Assembly (NCBI GenBank): GCA_963662795.1
Contig: OY759746.1
Coordinates: 2,368,001 to 2,432,000 of the forward strand
Origin: Spirochaetia bacterium
Lineage (GTDB): Bacteria; Spirochaetota; Spirochaetia; CADAEX01
Length of the DNA: 64,000 nucleotides
Reading direction: 5' to 3'
Every line of letters begins with the position of its first letter. Position 1 is the first letter of the stretch. The notes beneath the pieces are model-generated. The model did not search any database. It was not told the origin of the DNA and saw only the letters and a list, made by a program, of their open reading frames with translations. Of the stretch, positions 10,258 through 22,580 are shown in pieces. Made by a program: the position numbers and the translations under genes.

Positions 10258-10331
10258 AGGCCAGTAGCTCCAACGGCTAGAGCGCCGGTCTCCAAAACCG
10301 GATGTTGTAGGTTCGAATCCTACCTGGCCTG
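10258..10331 (+). tRNA. tRNA-Trp (CCA)
   Basis: Acceptor AGGCCAG/CTGGCCT, anticodon stem CCGGT/ACCGG around CTCCAAA, T-loop GGTTCGAATCC. Confidence 0.97.
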
Positions 10332-10375
10332 TATTTGTATTATTTCCTTTTTCACTTTATTAGGAGTTTTTTTTT

Positions 10376-10555
10376 ATGAACAAAATCCTGAATTTTTTTA
10401 AGGAGAGTTACTCAGAGCTTAAAAAGGTTGTCTGGCCCGGCAGTGGTGAAGTAAGTTCATCAACCCGTGTTGTGATTGTTTCGACATTGCTTTTTGCTTT
10501 GATACTTGGTGTCGTCGATTTTTTACTTATTGTTGGGATAGATATAATTTTTTAG
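10376..10555 (+). CDS. secE: Preprotein translocase subunit SecE
   Basis: ELKKVVWP motif plus one TM; between tRNA-Trp and nusG; not in the ORF track. Confidence 0.95.
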   Translation: MNKILNFFKESYSELKKVVWPGSGEVSSSTRVVIVSTLLFALILGVVDFLLIVGIDIIF

Positions 10556-10573
10556 CGGAGTACGGTATAACAA

Positions 10574-11128
10574 ATGGCAAAAGGCTGGTATGTTCTTCAT
10601 ACCTATTCGGGTTATGAAAATAAAATTGAAAAACATGTGAGAAAGCTGATGGAGGACCCTTCTCTTTCTGATGTTGTTCTTGATATCAAAATCCCTTCGG
10701 AAGAGGTGGTAGAGGTCAAGGACGGCAAGAAAAAGATAACTTCCAGGAAATTTCTCCCCGGCTATATTCTGCTTGAGATGGATCTGCCGGACAGGGGCTG
10801 GAAAAATGCCTGCTCTGAAATAAAGAAGATACAGGGAGTAACCGGCTTTGTCGGAGCTCTTGGTAATGTAAAGCCGAATCCGATATCTTCTGATGAAGTG
10901 CGAAGCATTCTGCAGAAGACGGGAGAGCTTAAGGCCAGCAGGCATTTGACTGCAAAACAGATTTTCAACATCGGCGAATCAGTCAAGATCGTCGGCGGGC
11001 CTTTTGACTCATTTACAGGTAAAATTGACGAAGTTAATATGGAAAAAGGAAAACTCAGGGTGATTGTAGGGATATTTGGAAGAGCAACACCTGTCGAGGT
11101 TGATTTTTCACAAGTCGAACAGATATAA
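10574..11128 (+). CDS. nusG: Transcription termination/antitermination factor NusG
   Basis: WYVLHTYSGYE, FLPGY, KOW motif GPFDSFTG, IFGRATPVE. Confidence 0.98.
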   Translation: MAKGWYVLHTYSGYENKIEKHVRKLMEDPSLSDVVLDIKIPSEEVVEVKDGKKKITSRKFLPGYILLEMDLPDRGWKNACSEIKKIQGVTGFVGALGNVKPNPISSDEVRSILQKTGELKASRHLTAKQIFNIGESVKIVGGPFDSFTGKIDEVNMEKGKLRVIVGIFGRATPVEVDFSQVEQI

Positions 11129-11215
11129 CCTTGCAAAATAGACAGGCTCCGGCACCTTGCATAGTTTGTGCCTGGAGCTCTTATCCTTATCCGGTAAGTT
11201 TTACCGGTTTTAGAC

Positions 11216-11248
11216 TGGGAGTTTCTTGTAAAAGAAACGTTTACCACA
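11216..11248 (+). promoter_or_regulatory. L1-binding translational operator in the rplK leader
   Basis: TGGGA-[GTTTCTT GTAA AAGAAAC]-GTTTACCACA just before the rplK SD, like the known GGGAG...ACCAC L1-leader pattern. Extra hairpins at 11146-11178 and 11191-11207. Confidence 0.7.
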
Positions 11249-11262
11249 TATTGGAGAAATAA

Positions 11263-11694
11263 ATGGCCAAGAAAAAAGTTACAGCTTATATCAAGCTGCA
11301 GGTTCCGGCCGGGAAAGCGACGCCAGCTCCTCCTGTAGGTCCTGCTCTCGGGCCTCACGGAGTAAGCGCTCCTCAATTTGTTCAGCAGTTTAACGACAGA
11401 ACAAAAAATCTGGAGCAGGGGCTTACTATTCCTGTCGTAATTACGGTTTTTGCTGACAAGACATTTACGTTTATCACAAAAACACCTCCGGCTTCTGTGC
11501 TTCTTAAAAAAGCATGTAATCTTGCAAGCGGTTCCGCGGAACCTCACAAGGTTAAGGTTGCTAAAATATCAAGGGCAGAGCTTAAAAAGGTTGCGGAAAT
11601 CAAGATGCCGGACCTGAATGCCAATGATATCGAAGCTGCAATGAAAATTGTTGCAGGTACGGCAAGAAGTATGGGAATAGAGGTGGAGGCATAG
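11263..11694 (+). CDS. rplK: 50S ribosomal protein L11
   Basis: [19 protein letters not shown]. Confidence 0.99.
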   Translation: MAKKKVTAYIKLQVPAGKATPAPPVGPALGPHGVSAPQFVQQFNDRTKNLEQGLTIPVVITVFADKTFTFITKTPPASVLLKKACNLASGSAEPHKVKVAKISRAELKKVAEIKMPDLNANDIEAAMKIVAGTARSMGIEVEA

Positions 11695-11697
11695 GGT

Positions 11698-12369
11698 ATG
11701 AAAAGAGGAAAAAAGTATCTTGAAGCACTCAAGGGTTATGATAAAGCAACGCTCTATCCGTACGAGGAAGCAGTAGGTATAGTAAAGAAGCTTGCATTTG
11801 CAAAATTCGATGAAACAATAGAACTTTCAATAAGGCTCAAGCTTAAAAAAGCACAGGCTGTAAGAGATACTCTGGTTCTTCCTCATCAGTTTACAGGCGA
11901 CAAGAAAATCCTTGTTTTTGCTAAAGGAGACAAGGCGGAAGAGGCAAGAGAAGCAGGCGCTGCCTATGTAGGCGATGTAGACCTTGTTGAAAAGATTAAA
12001 AACGGCTGGCTTGATTTTGATGTCGCGGTAGCGACTCCGGATATGATGAAAGATGTAGGAAGACTGGGCCCGATTCTTGGAAGAAGAGGTCTTATGCCTA
12101 ACCCGAAAACCCAGACAGTTACATTCAACATCAAGGAAGCCTTGAAAGAACTCCAGAAGGGAAGGGTTGAGTTCAGATCGGATAAAACCGGCGTTCTTCA
12201 CCTTGCAGTAGGTAAGGTATCAAGTGAAGTCAGTCAGATTGTTGAAAATATACATGCTGTGGTTGCTGAAGTTGAAAGAAAAAAACCTGCAGATACCAAA
12301 GGCGACTTTTTTATCTCAGTAGCTGTTTCATCAACAATGGGCCCTGGCGTCAGGGTTTCATTCAAATAG
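11698..12369 (+). CDS. rplA: 50S ribosomal protein L1
   Basis: AKFDET, GLMPNPK, SSTMGPG. Confidence 0.99.
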   Translation: MKRGKKYLEALKGYDKATLYPYEEAVGIVKKLAFAKFDETIELSIRLKLKKAQAVRDTLVLPHQFTGDKKILVFAKGDKAEEAREAGAAYVGDVDLVEKIKNGWLDFDVAVATPDMMKDVGRLGPILGRRGLMPNPKTQTVTFNIKEALKELQKGRVEFRSDKTGVLHLAVGKVSSEVSQIVENIHAVVAEVERKKPADTKGDFFISVAVSSTMGPGVRVSFK

Positions 12370-12391
12370 GACCGGGAAAAAGGATAGTAAT

Positions 12392-12928
12392 ATGACAGAA
12401 TATATAACAAAGGTACATCCTGCCAAGGAAGAGGCTGTTGCAGACATAAAGGGGAAGCTGGAGACAGCAACTGATTTTATTGTAACTGATTACAGAGGCC
12501 TTACTGTTGCGCAGATAACCGGACTCAGAAGAAAGATGAGAGAGTTCGGGGTTGAATATAAGGTTGTCAAGAACAGATATGCCAAAATTGCTTTCAGGAC
12601 AATGGGTGTTGACGGGCTTGATTCACTGCTTGTGGGGCCGTCTGCGGTTGCCATGGTAAAGGGTGAGGCCGGACCTGCCGCTAAAGCGCTGTTTGATTAT
12701 TCAAAAGAAGCGCCGGTGCAGGTTAAAGGTGGTTTTATCGCAGGTAATATTTTTGATGCTGCCCAAATTGAAGCTTTTTCAAAGCTTCCGACAAGAATGG
12801 AGCTTATCTCCATGCTTATGGGAACAATGAAGGCTCCTGTGCAGAACCTGGTTTATGTGCTTAATGCTCCTGTTCAGAAGCTTGCAAGAACACTGCAGGC
12901 TGTGGCTGACCAGAAGGAAGGGAGATAA
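12392..12928 (+). CDS. rplJ: 50S ribosomal protein L10
   Basis: DYRGLTV, VVKN, SKLPTR; position. Confidence 0.98.
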   Translation: MTEYITKVHPAKEEAVADIKGKLETATDFIVTDYRGLTVAQITGLRRKMREFGVEYKVVKNRYAKIAFRTMGVDGLDSLLVGPSAVAMVKGEAGPAAKALFDYSKEAPVQVKGGFIAGNIFDAAQIEAFSKLPTRMELISMLMGTMKAPVQNLVYVLNAPVQKLARTLQAVADQKEGR

Positions 12929-13021
12929 TCCGCATTAATTGCGGTTTATATTTATAATTATTCAGCATTAGTCTTCGGATCCGCCATGCTACTGCTGAAA
13001 CAATGATAAGGAGAAGATAAT

Positions 13022-13405
13022 ATGGCCACAAAATCAAAAGACGATATCCTGGAAGCAATTGCAGGAATGACAGTTCTTGAAGTTTCAGAACTTGTCAAAG
13101 CGATGGAAGAGAAATTCGGTGTAACGGCAGCGGCTCCGGTAGCGGCAGCAGCAGCTCCTGTAGCAGCGGCAGCTGAAGCAGCAGAAGAACAGACAGAATT
13201 TGATGTAATTCTTGCCAAAATTGATGACACAAAGAAAATCCCTGTTATCAAGGAAGTAAGAGCAATTACAGGTCTCGGCCTTAAAGAGGCAAAAGATCTG
13301 GTTGAGGGTGCTCCTCAGAAAGTTAAAGAAGGTGTTTCTAAAGAAGAAGCTAAAACACTCAAAGAAAAGCTGGAAGCAGCTGGCGCAGTTGTTGAGGTTA
13401 AATAG
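13022..13405 (+). CDS. rplL: 50S ribosomal protein L7/L12
   Basis: [10 protein letters not shown] hinge, [16 protein letters not shown]. Confidence 0.99.
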   Translation: MATKSKDDILEAIAGMTVLEVSELVKAMEEKFGVTAAAPVAAAAAPVAAAAEAAEEQTEFDVILAKIDDTKKIPVIKEVRAITGLGLKEAKDLVEGAPQKVKEGVSKEEAKTLKEKLEAAGAVVEVK

Positions 13406-13439
13406 TTTTCAGATTGTAAAACATCGTGAAATTCTCATA

Positions 13440-13496
13440 TTACAGCCCGGCTGGTTCGGGCTGTAAGTTATGCCGGCAAAATTTTATGCCGGTATA
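13440..13496 (+). terminator. Twin hairpins between rplL and rpoB (attenuator/processing-like)
   Basis: TTACAGCCCG/CGGGCTGTAA (13440-13466) and TATGCCGGCA/TGCCGGTATA (13469-13496); U-tracts are weak. Confidence 0.55.
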
Positions 13497-13519
13497 GTTA
13501 TCAGTAGGGGGTATGGTTA

Positions 13520-16500
13520 ATGCTTGATAGGACTAAGGCTATTAAGCGGCAATATATCGGAAAAGATTATCGTGAAGTCATGGATTTGCCAGGACTTGTT
13601 GATATTCAGCTTTCCTCATATGAAAAATTTCTCCAGAGAGACAGGCTTGTAAACGGTGAACCGCTTAACGAGCAGGGGCTGGAGGAAGTGTTTCAGAGCA
13701 TTTTCCCGATAGAAAGTCCGAATGGCGATATGTTGCTGGAATATACTCAATATGTTCTTGATGAAGACGGCATCAAGCTTGATGAGTTTGAATGTAAACA
13801 GAAGGGCGTTACTTATGCTGTCCCCCTTAAGGCGCGGATAAATCTGATTTTTCAGGAAACCGGAGAAATCAGACAGAAACTTATATATATTGGTGATATC
13901 CCTTTGATGACTGAAAGGGGAACTTTTATAATAAATGGAGCTGAAAGGGTTGTCGTAAGCCAGATCCACAGATCTCCTGGTGTTGTTTTTTCCTATGATA
14001 AGGGTATTTATTCTTCACGGATTATCCCTTATAAAGGCTCATGGCTTGAATTCGAGATTGAACACAAAAAAGATCTTATATATGCAAAAATAGACAGAAA
14101 AAAAAGAATTCTGGGAACAATATTTCTCCGTGCATTGGGGTTTGAGACAAGGGAAGAAATAATTTCCCTTTTTTATAAAACAAAAAAAATAAAACTTGAC
14201 TGTCCGCCTGATGAAAAGGAAGCTCTTATTGGTTCAATAGCTGCCAGGGCTGTTTTTGTGGAAACGGAAGCAGGCGAAAACAAGAAGCTTTACAGGGCAG
14301 GTGAAAAAATACTGCTTCATGACATTGATGAGCTGCTTCATTCAGGCATTGATGAGATTGAGGTAATTGATTTTGAAAATAAGGAATCTCTTCACTCAAA
14401 CATTATTCTTAACTGTTTTGAGATGGAAGATATTAAATATGTAAGGGATGATTCCGATTCTGACGAACCGACAAAAGACGATGCACTGTCTGCCGTATAC
14501 TCTGTTCTCCTTCCGGGTGAACCTATTACAGTTGAAAGTGCGGAAAAAGATCTTAAATCCATGTTTTTTTCTGCAAGGCGCTATGATCTTGGAAGGGTCG
14601 GAAGGTACAAGCTTAACAAAAAGTATGATTATAATCCGCAGCTTGACGACCAGGTCCTTACAAAAGACGATATTACAAATACCATGTTCTATCTTATAAA
14701 GGTATATATCGGCGAAGAAAATGTTGATGATATTGACCATCTTGGCAACAGGAGAGTCAGGTCGGTGGGCGAGCTTCTCGCAAACCACCTGAAAACAGCA
14801 TTTGTCAGGATGGAAAGGATTGCAAAGGAAAGGATGTCTCTCAAGGAGACAGATACCATAAAACCTCAGGACCTTATTTCGATCAAGCCGATTGTGGCTG
14901 CGATCAAGGAATTTTTCGGTTCAAGTCAGCTGTCCCAGTTTATGGATCAGGTAAATCCTCTTTCTGAACTTACCCATAAGAGACGGCTTAACGCTCTCGG
15001 GCCAGGAGGCCTGTCCAGAGACAGGGCAGGATTTGAAGTAAGGGATGTCCATTATACCCATTACGGAAGGATGTGTCCGATTGAAACGCCTGAAGGACCT
15101 AATATTGGTCTTATTGTTTCCCTCGCAAACTATACCAGGGTAAATGATTATGGTTTCCTTGAAACGCCATACAGAAAAGTTGTTGGCGGCCGGGCAACCG
15201 GGGATGTTGAATATCTTTCTGCCATAGATGAGGAAAAATACTATATAGCTCAGGCCAATGCACCTCTTAACGAAGACGGAACTTTTTGCGCTGAGCAGAT
15301 ATCGGTAAGAAAGGCAGGCGACTATACTACAAGGGCCCCCGGCGGGATACAGTATATGGATGTTTCGCCGAAACAGGTTATATCTGTTTCAACCTCGCTG
15401 GTACCGTTTCTTGAGCATGATGATGCAAACAGGGCGCTCATGGGATCAAACATGATGAGGCAGGCAGTCCCGCTTCTTTTTCCTGAATCTCCGATAGTGG
15501 GAACAGGTATGGAGGCTAAAACAGCCTATGATTCTGGTGTTGTAATAAAAGCCAGAAATGCGGGAACTGTTACATATGTTTCAGCGGAAAAGATTACTGT
15601 TCAGAAAGAAGACGGGCTTGAGGATAACTACAAACTACTTAAATACCAGAGAACAAACCAGGACACCTGTTTTACTCAGAAACCTCTTGTGAAACCCGGT
15701 GACAAGGTAGAGCGGGGTACTGTTCTCGGCGATGGGTCGGCAACTTCTTTTGGTGAGCTTGCCCTTGGCCGGAACGTGCTTGTGGCTTTTCTTCCATGGA
15801 ACGGTTATAACTACGAGGATGCAATCCTTATTTCTGAAAAAGTAGTCAAGGAAGATATTTTTACATCTATCCATATAAAGGAATTTGTTACTGAGGTCAG
15901 GGAAACCAAGCTTGGGACAGAAAAACTTACACGCGATATTCCAAACATTGGAGAGAAAGCCCTTGAACAGCTTGATGAGGAAGGTATTATCAGGATCGGA
16001 GCAAAGGTAAAATCGGGGTACATTCTTGTAGGAAAGGTTACTCCAAAATCCGAGACAGAGACAACTCCTGAGTTCAAGCTGCTGAATTCAATTTTCGGAG
16101 AAAAAGCCAAAGAAGTCCGCGATACATCATTGAGGGTTCCTCACGGTGTTGAAGGGACAATTATAGATATACAGAGACTGAAAAGAGCCGAAGGCGATGA
16201 TCTCAATCCGGGTGTTGACGAGGTTGTTAAGATACTTATTGCAACAAAGAGAAAACTCCAGGAAGGGGACAAGATGGCAGGAAGGCACGGCAACAAGGGT
16301 GTTGTCTCACGCGTTCTTGCTGAAGAGGATATGCCGCATATGGCAGACGGAACACCGGTAGACATCTGTTTGAATCCGCTTGGTGTCCCTTCCCGTATGA
16401 ACCTCGGACAGCTTATGGAAACCAGTCTCGGGTGGGCAGGTTATGTGCTTGGAGAAAAATACGCTACACCTGTATTCCAGTCAGCAACAAATGAAATGAT

Positions 16501-17011
16501 TGCCGGCAAGCTTAAGGAAGCGCATCTTTCTGAAACGTCAAAGATAACTCTTTATGACGGACTGACAGGTGAGCCTTTTGAAAACCCGGTAATGGTCGGC
16601 TGTGTTTACATGCTCAAGCTTCATCACCTTGTTGATGACAAAATGCATGCCAGGTCAACCGGCCCGTATTCGCTTGTAACTCAGCAGCCGCTCGGCGGCA
16701 AGGCCCAGTTCGGCGGACAGAGGCTTGGAGAGATGGAGGTCTGGGCACTTGAAGCTTATGGTGCTGCCAATACTCTGCAGGAATTTATTACCATAAAATC
16801 TGATGATATGGCAGGACGTGCCAAAATATATGAAAGCATAGTAAAGGGTGAACCCAACTCTGCTGCCGGAATACCTGAAGCATTCAACGTAATTGTACAG
16901 GAACTCAGGGGACTGGCGCTTGATATCTCGATCTGGGACTCCAGAGGAAGACAGGTTCCCCTTACAGAAAGGGATGAAGAACTCATAAACAGACAGGGAA
17001 CCAATTTCTGA
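13520..17011 (+). CDS. rpoB: RNA polymerase beta subunit
   Basis: [38 protein letters not shown]. Confidence 0.99.
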   Translation: MLDRTKAIKRQYIGKDYREVMDLPGLVDIQLSSYEKFLQRDRLVNGEPLNEQGLEEVFQSIFPIESPNGDMLLEYTQYVLDEDGIKLDEFECKQKGVTYAVPLKARINLIFQETGEIRQKLIYIGDIPLMTERGTFIINGAERVVVSQIHRSPGVVFSYDKGIYSSRIIPYKGSWLEFEIEHKKDLIYAKIDRKKRILGTIFLRALGFETREEIISLFYKTKKIKLDCPPDEKEALIGSIAARAVFVETEAGENKKLYRAGEKILLHDIDELLHSGIDEIEVIDFENKESLHSNIILNCFEMEDIKYVRDDSDSDEPTKDDALSAVYSVLLPGEPITVESAEKDLKSMFFSARRYDLGRVGRYKLNKKYDYNPQLDDQVLTKDDITNTMFYLIKVYIGEENVDDIDHLGNRRVRSVGELLANHLKTAFVRMERIAKERMSLKETDTIKPQDLISIKPIVAAIKEFFGSSQLSQFMDQVNPLSELTHKRRLNALGPGGLSRDRAGFEVRDVHYTHYGRMCPIETPEGPNIGLIVSLANYTRVNDYGFLETPYRKVVGGRATGDVEYLSAIDEEKYYIAQANAPLNEDGTFCAEQISVRKAGDYTTRAPGGIQYMDVSPKQVISVSTSLVPFLEHDDANRALMGSNMMRQAVPLLFPESPIVGTGMEAKTAYDSGVVIKARNAGTVTYVSAEKITVQKEDGLEDNYKLLKYQRTNQDTCFTQKPLVKPGDKVERGTVLGDGSATSFGELALGRNVLVAFLPWNGYNYEDAILISEKVVKEDIFTSIHIKEFVTEVRETKLGTEKLTRDIPNIGEKALEQLDEEGIIRIGAKVKSGYILVGKVTPKSETETTPEFKLLNSIFGEKAKEVRDTSLRVPHGVEGTIIDIQRLKRAEGDDLNPGVDEVVKILIATKRKLQEGDKMAGRHGNKGVVSRVLAEEDMPHMADGTPVDICLNPLGVPSRMNLGQLMETSLGWAGYVLGEKYATPVFQSATNEMIAGKLKEAHLSETSKITLYDGLTGEPFENPVMVGCVYMLKLHHLVDDKMHARSTGPYSLVTQQPLGGKAQFGGQRLGEMEVWALEAYGAANTLQEFITIKSDDMAGRAKIYESIVKGEPNSAAGIPEAFNVIVQELRGLALDISIWDSRGRQVPLTERDEELINRQGTNF

Positions 17012-17030
17012 CCAGGAAGGGGTGTTATTG

Positions 17031-20000
17031 ATGAGAGAAATGCAGGATTTTGACAATATTATGATAAAACTTGCTTCGCCGGATCAGATCAGGGCATGGT
17101 CTTACGGCGAGGTAAAAAAACCGGAAACAATTAATTACAGAACGCTCCGTCCGGAAAAAGACGGTCTTTTCTGCGAAAGAATTTTCGGTACTACCAAGGA
17201 ATGGGAATGTTACTGCGGTAAATTCAAGTCCATAAGGTATAAAGGGGTAATCTGCGACAGATGCGGCGTTGAAGTGACTCACTTCAAGGTCAGAAGGGAA
17301 AGGATGGGGCATATTGAACTTGCATCTCCTGTTTCCCATATCTGGTATTACAGATCTGTCCCTTCAAGAATGGGACTTCTTCTTGATCTTACAGTTGCCT
17401 CACTGAGGTCAATCTTATATTACGAGAAATATATCGTCATTGACGCAGGCGATACAGAACTTAAAAAACACGACCTCCTGTCGGAAGAAGACTATAATGA
17501 AGCAGTAGAAAGATATGGAATGAGCTTTACTGCCGGCATCGGGGCAGAGGCGATAAGAACTCTGCTTGAAACACTGGACCTTGACGGCCTTTCAGCTGAA
17601 CTTAGAATTAAAATGGTTGAAAAGGGAGCCAAATCAGACAGAAGACTCCTGAAGAGGATAGAAATAGTTGAAAATTTCAGGGATTCAAAAAACAAGCCGG
17701 AATGGATGATTCTGGATGTTATCCCTGTAATACCTCCCGAGCTGAGGCCTATGGTCCAGCTCGAAGGGGGTAGATTTGCCACTTCGGACCTTAATGATTT
17801 ATACAGAAGGGTAATAAACAGAAACAACAGGCTTAAAAGGCTGATGGCTTTAAACGCTCCTGATATTATAATCAGGAACGAGAAGAGAATGCTTCAGGAA
17901 GCAGTTGATGCCCTGTTCGATAATTCCAAAAAGAAAAAAGTAGTAAAGGGTTCCGCCAACAGGCCGCTTAAATCCCTTTCCGATATGCTTAAAGGAAAAC
18001 AGGGCAGGTTCAGACAGAACCTTCTTGGTAAAAGGGTTGACTATTCTGGCCGGTCTGTAATTGTAGTTGGTCCTGAGCTCAGTCTCCATCAGTGCGGACT
18101 TCCCGCTAAAATGGCGCTTGAGCTTTACAAGCCCTTTATTATGAAAAAGCTAGTTGAAAAAGATGTAGTTTATAACATAAAAAAAGCAAAAACGCTTGTT
18201 GAGCAGGAAACTGCGGAAGTGTGGGCCGTTCTCGACGATGTAGTAAGGGAACATCCTGTTCTCCTAAACAGGGCGCCGACCCTTCACAGGCTTGGTATAC
18301 AGGCTTTTGAGCCGGTGCTTGTTCAGGGAAAGGCGATAAAGCTTCATCCCCTTGTCTGTCATGCGTATAACGCCGACTTTGACGGAGACCAGATGGCGGT
18401 GCATGTACCGCTGACACAGGCGGCTCAGATTGAGTGCTGGACCTTAATGCTTTCTGTAAACAATCTTTTAAACCCTGCAAACGGAAGCCCGATTGTATTC
18501 CCGTCGCTCGATATGGTTCTTGGTATAAACTATCTTACAGTAGCGAGAAAGGGTGCAAAGGGAGAAGGGCGATATTTTTACTCATTTGAAGAAGTTCTGA
18601 TGGCAATTGATGCAAGATCGCTCGATTATCAGGCAGTCTGCAAGGTAAAGATTGACGGAAAATATATGGAAACCACTCCCGGCAGGCTGATATTCAATGA
18701 AGCAATGCCGGAAGAGATTGAATATATCAACGGCCCTCTTACGGATAAAGAACTTAAGGCAATGGTTGCCAAGTGCTACAAGGATAATGGCGCATATATA
18801 ACTGTTAAAATGCTTGATTCCATAAAGAAGCTTGGCTTTAAATATGCTACCATATTCGGCTCTACTATAAGTATGGAAGACGTAGTTATTCCTGAAGAAA
18901 AGAAAAGCCTTATAGATGATGCAAACAATCAGGTAACGGTTATACACAACCAGTATCTTCAGGGGCATATTACACAGGATGAAAGATATAACAGGGTTAT
19001 CGAGGTATGGAGTAAGACAAATGAGGATCTTACCAATGTGCTGATGAAAACACTGAAGGAAGACAGACAGGGTTTTAACCCAATCTATATGATGGCCAAC
19101 TCCGGAGCAAGGGGAAGCAGAACACAGCTGAGACAGCTTGCGGGAATGAGAGGCCTTATGGCCAAGCCTTCCGGCGATATCATAGAACTTCCCATCCGGG
19201 CGAACTTCAAGGAAGGGCTTTCAATCATCGAGTTCTTTATCTCGACAAACGGAGCCAGAAAAGGTCTTGCAGACACAGCTCTGAAAACTGCTGATGCAGG
19301 ATATCTTACAAGAAGGCTTGTTGATATTGCGCAGGATGTTGTAGTAAACGAGGAAGATTGCGGTACAATCAACGGAATTGTAATTAGCGCTCTCAAGGAT
19401 GGAGAGGAGATTGTTGAACCGCTTGCAGACAGAATACAGGGAAGATATACACTGGAAAGGGTCAAACACCCGATTACCGGTGAGATACTTGTTGATGTAA
19501 ATGAGGAAATATCAGATGAACTTGCAATAATAATTGAAGAATCGGGAATTGAACATGTAAGGATCAGAAGCGTTCTGACCTGTGATTCAAAATTCGGAGT
19601 CTGCCAGAAGTGTTACGGCAGAAACCTCGCTACAAACAAAGGTGTTGAAATCGGAGAGGCGGTCGGAATAATTGCAGCCCAGTCAATCGGACAGCCCGGA
19701 ACCCAGCTTACCATGAGAACATTCCATATCGGCGGGGCGGCAACAAAAGCGAGTGAAGAAAACCGTGTTTATTTAAAATATCCTGTTCTTATCAGAAAAA
19801 TTACGGGAAATACTGTAGAGCTTGACAATAAAGATGTCCTTTTTACAAGAAAGGGATTTATACAGGTCAGCAAGATCCTTAGTAAAATTGAAATAAAACC
19901 GGGAGATAAAATACTTGTGGAAGAGGGCGGCAAAGTTATTGCCGGCAACCCCGTAATAAAAAGAGGCAAAGAAGAATTATTGTCAAACGACATTGCCTAT

Positions 20001-21260
20001 GTCGCAATAATCGATAAAAATCTTTATCTGATTTCACAGGAACAGAAGGTGGAGATCAGAAACGGAGCAGAACTGCTTGTAAAAGAAGGGGATGTTGTTC
20101 CCGCTGAATCGTCAATTGCCCGGTTTGACCCGTTTTCAGAGCCGATTATTGCTGAATTTTCCGGTGTTGTAAGATATCACGATATAATTCTCGGAACTAC
20201 TCTTAAAGAGGAAATCAACGAGGATACCGGTAATATAGAAAAGAAGATAACCGAATACACGCTGGAAACACTTCAGCCCAGAATTGTTCTGGCTGACAAT
20301 GAGGGAAACGAGCTGGCGACATACTATCTTCCCGGCGGGTCATACATAAATGTTGATGACGGGCTCAGTATAAGAGCCGGAAAGATTCTTGCAAAGCTGC
20401 TTAAGGAAAGTGTCAAGACCAGAGATATTACAGGCGGTCTTCCGCGTGTTGGAGAACTCTTTGAGGCAAGAAAACCCAAGAGCATTGCGGTTCTTTCGCA
20501 GATATCGGGAAAAGTAAAGTTCGGCGGTATAATAAAGGGAAAGCGACTTATAATTATCACTGATGACAGAGGTGTTGATTTTAAACATCTTGTCCCAATG
20601 GGTAAGCATCTGCTTGTAAGAGACGGAGACCTTGTTGAGGCAGGGGAGCCTTTGAGTGAGGGTGACAACGATCCTCATGATATTCTTGATATACTGGGTG
20701 AAAATGCCCTTCAGCGGTTCCTTATGAATGAAATACAGGAAGTTTACAGGCTTCAGGGAGTTCACATTAATGACAAGCACATTGGCGTTATTGTAAGGCA
20801 GATGATGAGAAAGGTTGAGATAAGCCATGTGGGGGACACAACCTTTATCCAGGGTCATCAGGTGGATAAATACAGATTCCATGAGGAAAATGCAAAGGTA
20901 ATCAGGGAAGGGGGTGAGTCTGCGATAGCAAAACCGCTTCTTCTCGGTATCACAAGGGCCTCTCTGAATATTGATTCGTTCCTTTCTGCGGCATCATTCC
21001 AGGAAACTACCAGAGTTCTTACGAATGCTGCAATAGCAGGGAAAATTGATAACCTCCGGGGACTTAAGGAAAATATCATTATCGGGCATCTGATTCCGGC
21101 CGGAACAGGGCAGAAAATATATAAAAATATCAAGCTTTATGATGAAAGCAATGAAGATCTTGATGCTTCAATACAAACGATTCTTGAAGCGAGAAAGAAG
21201 GAAGAACTTGAAGCTGCTTCCATGCAGCCGAAACAGCATAGTCTTGACGAGCTTGACTGA
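17031..21260 (+). CDS. rpoC: RNA polymerase beta' subunit
   Basis: NADFDGD catalytic motif, N-terminal Zn finger, QLTMRTFH; ATG 17031 preferred over GTG 17022. Confidence 0.99.
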   Translation: MREMQDFDNIMIKLASPDQIRAWSYGEVKKPETINYRTLRPEKDGLFCERIFGTTKEWECYCGKFKSIRYKGVICDRCGVEVTHFKVRRERMGHIELASPVSHIWYYRSVPSRMGLLLDLTVASLRSILYYEKYIVIDAGDTELKKHDLLSEEDYNEAVERYGMSFTAGIGAEAIRTLLETLDLDGLSAELRIKMVEKGAKSDRRLLKRIEIVENFRDSKNKPEWMILDVIPVIPPELRPMVQLEGGRFATSDLNDLYRRVINRNNRLKRLMALNAPDIIIRNEKRMLQEAVDALFDNSKKKKVVKGSANRPLKSLSDMLKGKQGRFRQNLLGKRVDYSGRSVIVVGPELSLHQCGLPAKMALELYKPFIMKKLVEKDVVYNIKKAKTLVEQETAEVWAVLDDVVREHPVLLNRAPTLHRLGIQAFEPVLVQGKAIKLHPLVCHAYNADFDGDQMAVHVPLTQAAQIECWTLMLSVNNLLNPANGSPIVFPSLDMVLGINYLTVARKGAKGEGRYFYSFEEVLMAIDARSLDYQAVCKVKIDGKYMETTPGRLIFNEAMPEEIEYINGPLTDKELKAMVAKCYKDNGAYITVKMLDSIKKLGFKYATIFGSTISMEDVVIPEEKKSLIDDANNQVTVIHNQYLQGHITQDERYNRVIEVWSKTNEDLTNVLMKTLKEDRQGFNPIYMMANSGARGSRTQLRQLAGMRGLMAKPSGDIIELPIRANFKEGLSIIEFFISTNGARKGLADTALKTADAGYLTRRLVDIAQDVVVNEEDCGTINGIVISALKDGEEIVEPLADRIQGRYTLERVKHPITGEILVDVNEEISDELAIIIEESGIEHVRIRSVLTCDSKFGVCQKCYGRNLATNKGVEIGEAVGIIAAQSIGQPGTQLTMRTFHIGGAATKASEENRVYLKYPVLIRKITGNTVELDNKDVLFTRKGFIQVSKILSKIEIKPGDKILVEEGGKVIAGNPVIKRGKEELLSNDIAYVAIIDKNLYLISQEQKVEIRNGAELLVKEGDVVPAESSIARFDPFSEPIIAEFSGVVRYHDIILGTTLKEEINEDTGNIEKKITEYTLETLQPRIVLADNEGNELATYYLPGGSYINVDDGLSIRAGKILAKLLKESVKTRDITGGLPRVGELFEARKPKSIAVLSQISGKVKFGGIIKGKRLIIITDDRGVDFKHLVPMGKHLLVRDGDLVEAGEPLSEGDNDPHDILDILGENALQRFLMNEIQEVYRLQGVHINDKHIGVIVRQMMRKVEISHVGDTTFIQGHQVDKYRFHEENAKVIREGGESAIAKPLLLGITRASLNIDSFLSAASFQETTRVLTNAAIAGKIDNLRGLKENIIIGHLIPAGTGQKIYKNIKLYDESNEDLDASIQTILEARKKEELEAASMQPKQHSLDELD

Positions 21261-21303
21261 TGCGTGAAGGCAAAAGGCTCTCGATTTGTGCTGTTCAGCG
21301 CTA

Positions 21304-21332
21304 TTGACTTTTTTGAATGGGGTTGTTAACCT
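21304..21332 (+). promoter_or_regulatory. Sigma-70 promoter of rpsL
   Basis: TTGACT-N17-TAACCT with TGn; leader hairpin TGGCAG/CTGCCA at 21350-21372. Confidence 0.7.
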
Positions 21333-21403
21333 TCATTCACTGAGAATATTGGCAGAGTATAAATTACTGCCAGATAAAATTTTACTAGGAGATAATTGGG
21401 TAA

Positions 21404-21778
21404 ATGCCTACAATTAATCAGTTAATCAGAAAAGGTAGAAAGCAAATACTTAAAAAGACAAAATCTCCTGCACTTGAAAGCTGTCCCCAGAAAAGGGGAG
21501 TATGTACAAGGGTTATGACGGTAACGCCAAAAAAACCTAATTCAGCGTTAAGAAAAGTAGCAAGGGTCAGATTGTCGAATGGTATTGAGGTTACCGCTTA
21601 TATTCCGGGTATTGGACACAACCTGCAGGAACACTCGGTAATACTTTTAAGAGGGGGAAGGGTAAAAGACCTTCCTGGTGTAAGATATCATATTGTAAGG
21701 GGCGCGAAAGATACCCTTGGTGTTGAAGATCGGAAAAGATCAAGATCCAAATATGGTACAAAAAAGCCGAAAGCTTGA
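21404..21778 (+). CDS. rpsL: 30S ribosomal protein S12
   Basis: [18 protein letters not shown]. Confidence 0.99.
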   Translation: MPTINQLIRKGRKQILKKTKSPALESCPQKRGVCTRVMTVTPKKPNSALRKVARVRLSNGIEVTAYIPGIGHNLQEHSVILLRGGRVKDLPGVRYHIVRGAKDTLGVEDRKRSRSKYGTKKPKA

Positions 21779-21792
21779 CAGGGGTTTGATTT

Positions 21793-22263
21793 ATGTCTAG
21801 AAAAGGTGTAAAAGTAAGAACACTAATTGTTCCTGATCCAAAATACGGGAGCACGGCAATATCCAAGTTTATTGCACGGATGATGCTTGACGGAAAGAAG
21901 TCTGTAAGTACACGAATAATGTATGATGCGCTTGAGATGTTAAGCAGTAAGACTCAGAAAGATGCTGTTGAAGCGTTTTCAGAAGCCATGGAAAAAATTA
22001 AACCATTGGTTGAAGTAAAATCGAGAAGAGTCGGGGGGTCAACCTATCAGGTGCCTGTTGAAATCAGGGACTCGAGAAGGGATGCGCTTGCAACAAGATG
22101 GATTATAACAGCCGCCAGATCAAGAAGCGGCAGAACAATGGGTGAAAAGCTTGGTGCTGAGTTTTTTGATGCATTCAACTCAACAGGAACAGCATTCAAG
22201 AAAAAAGAAGATACGCACAGAATGGCAGAGGCCAACAAGGCATTCTCCCATTACAGATGGTAA
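21793..22263 (+). CDS. rpsG: 30S ribosomal protein S7
   Basis: [19 protein letters not shown]. Confidence 0.99.
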   Translation: MSRKGVKVRTLIVPDPKYGSTAISKFIARMMLDGKKSVSTRIMYDALEMLSSKTQKDAVEAFSEAMEKIKPLVEVKSRRVGGSTYQVPVEIRDSRRDALATRWIITAARSRSGRTMGEKLGAEFFDAFNSTGTAFKKKEDTHRMAEANKAFSHYRW

Positions 22264-22293
22264 ATATATAATTATTCATACCCTTTTGAGAGC

Positions 22294-22580
22294 TTGAATA
22301 AATTATCATCTTGTGTTAATTCTATTAAATCTGTATTGTGAATTGGTTTTAGCCAAACCAATCACTCTGTGAGATACGGCGGCTGAAAGCCATATCTCGT
22401 TATAAGGGTGGTAAGGTGGTGAAACTGCTAGTCTGTTAATTTTTATAAGTTAAGGAATAGTAAGATCATCATCATTTTACCTCGAGAATGTACGGCAGCG
22501 TATTCATATGGGCAGTTGGTCCGGAATGCGTGGCCGCAGGATTATAAAATTATAAGGAATGTAATTTAAAGGAGAAACTG
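22294..22580 (+). ncRNA. Putative promoter plus structured leader/ncRNA upstream of tuf
   Basis: TTGAAT-N17-TAATTC with TGn, then several stems including a 13-bp G.U-containing helix 22410-22422/22469-22481. Confidence 0.45.

Noticed and set aside
9910-10331. tRNAs as integration sites; A32 in the tRNA-Thr anticodon loop
   Set aside because: No integrase or duplicated tRNA 3' end seen; an AU-GGU-AA loop is common in bacterial tRNA-Thr(GGU)
22488-22547. Small ORF MYGSVFIWAVGPECVAAGL as a fusA remnant or leader peptide
   Set aside because: No similarity to EF-G motifs and no convincing SD; RNA structure explains the region better
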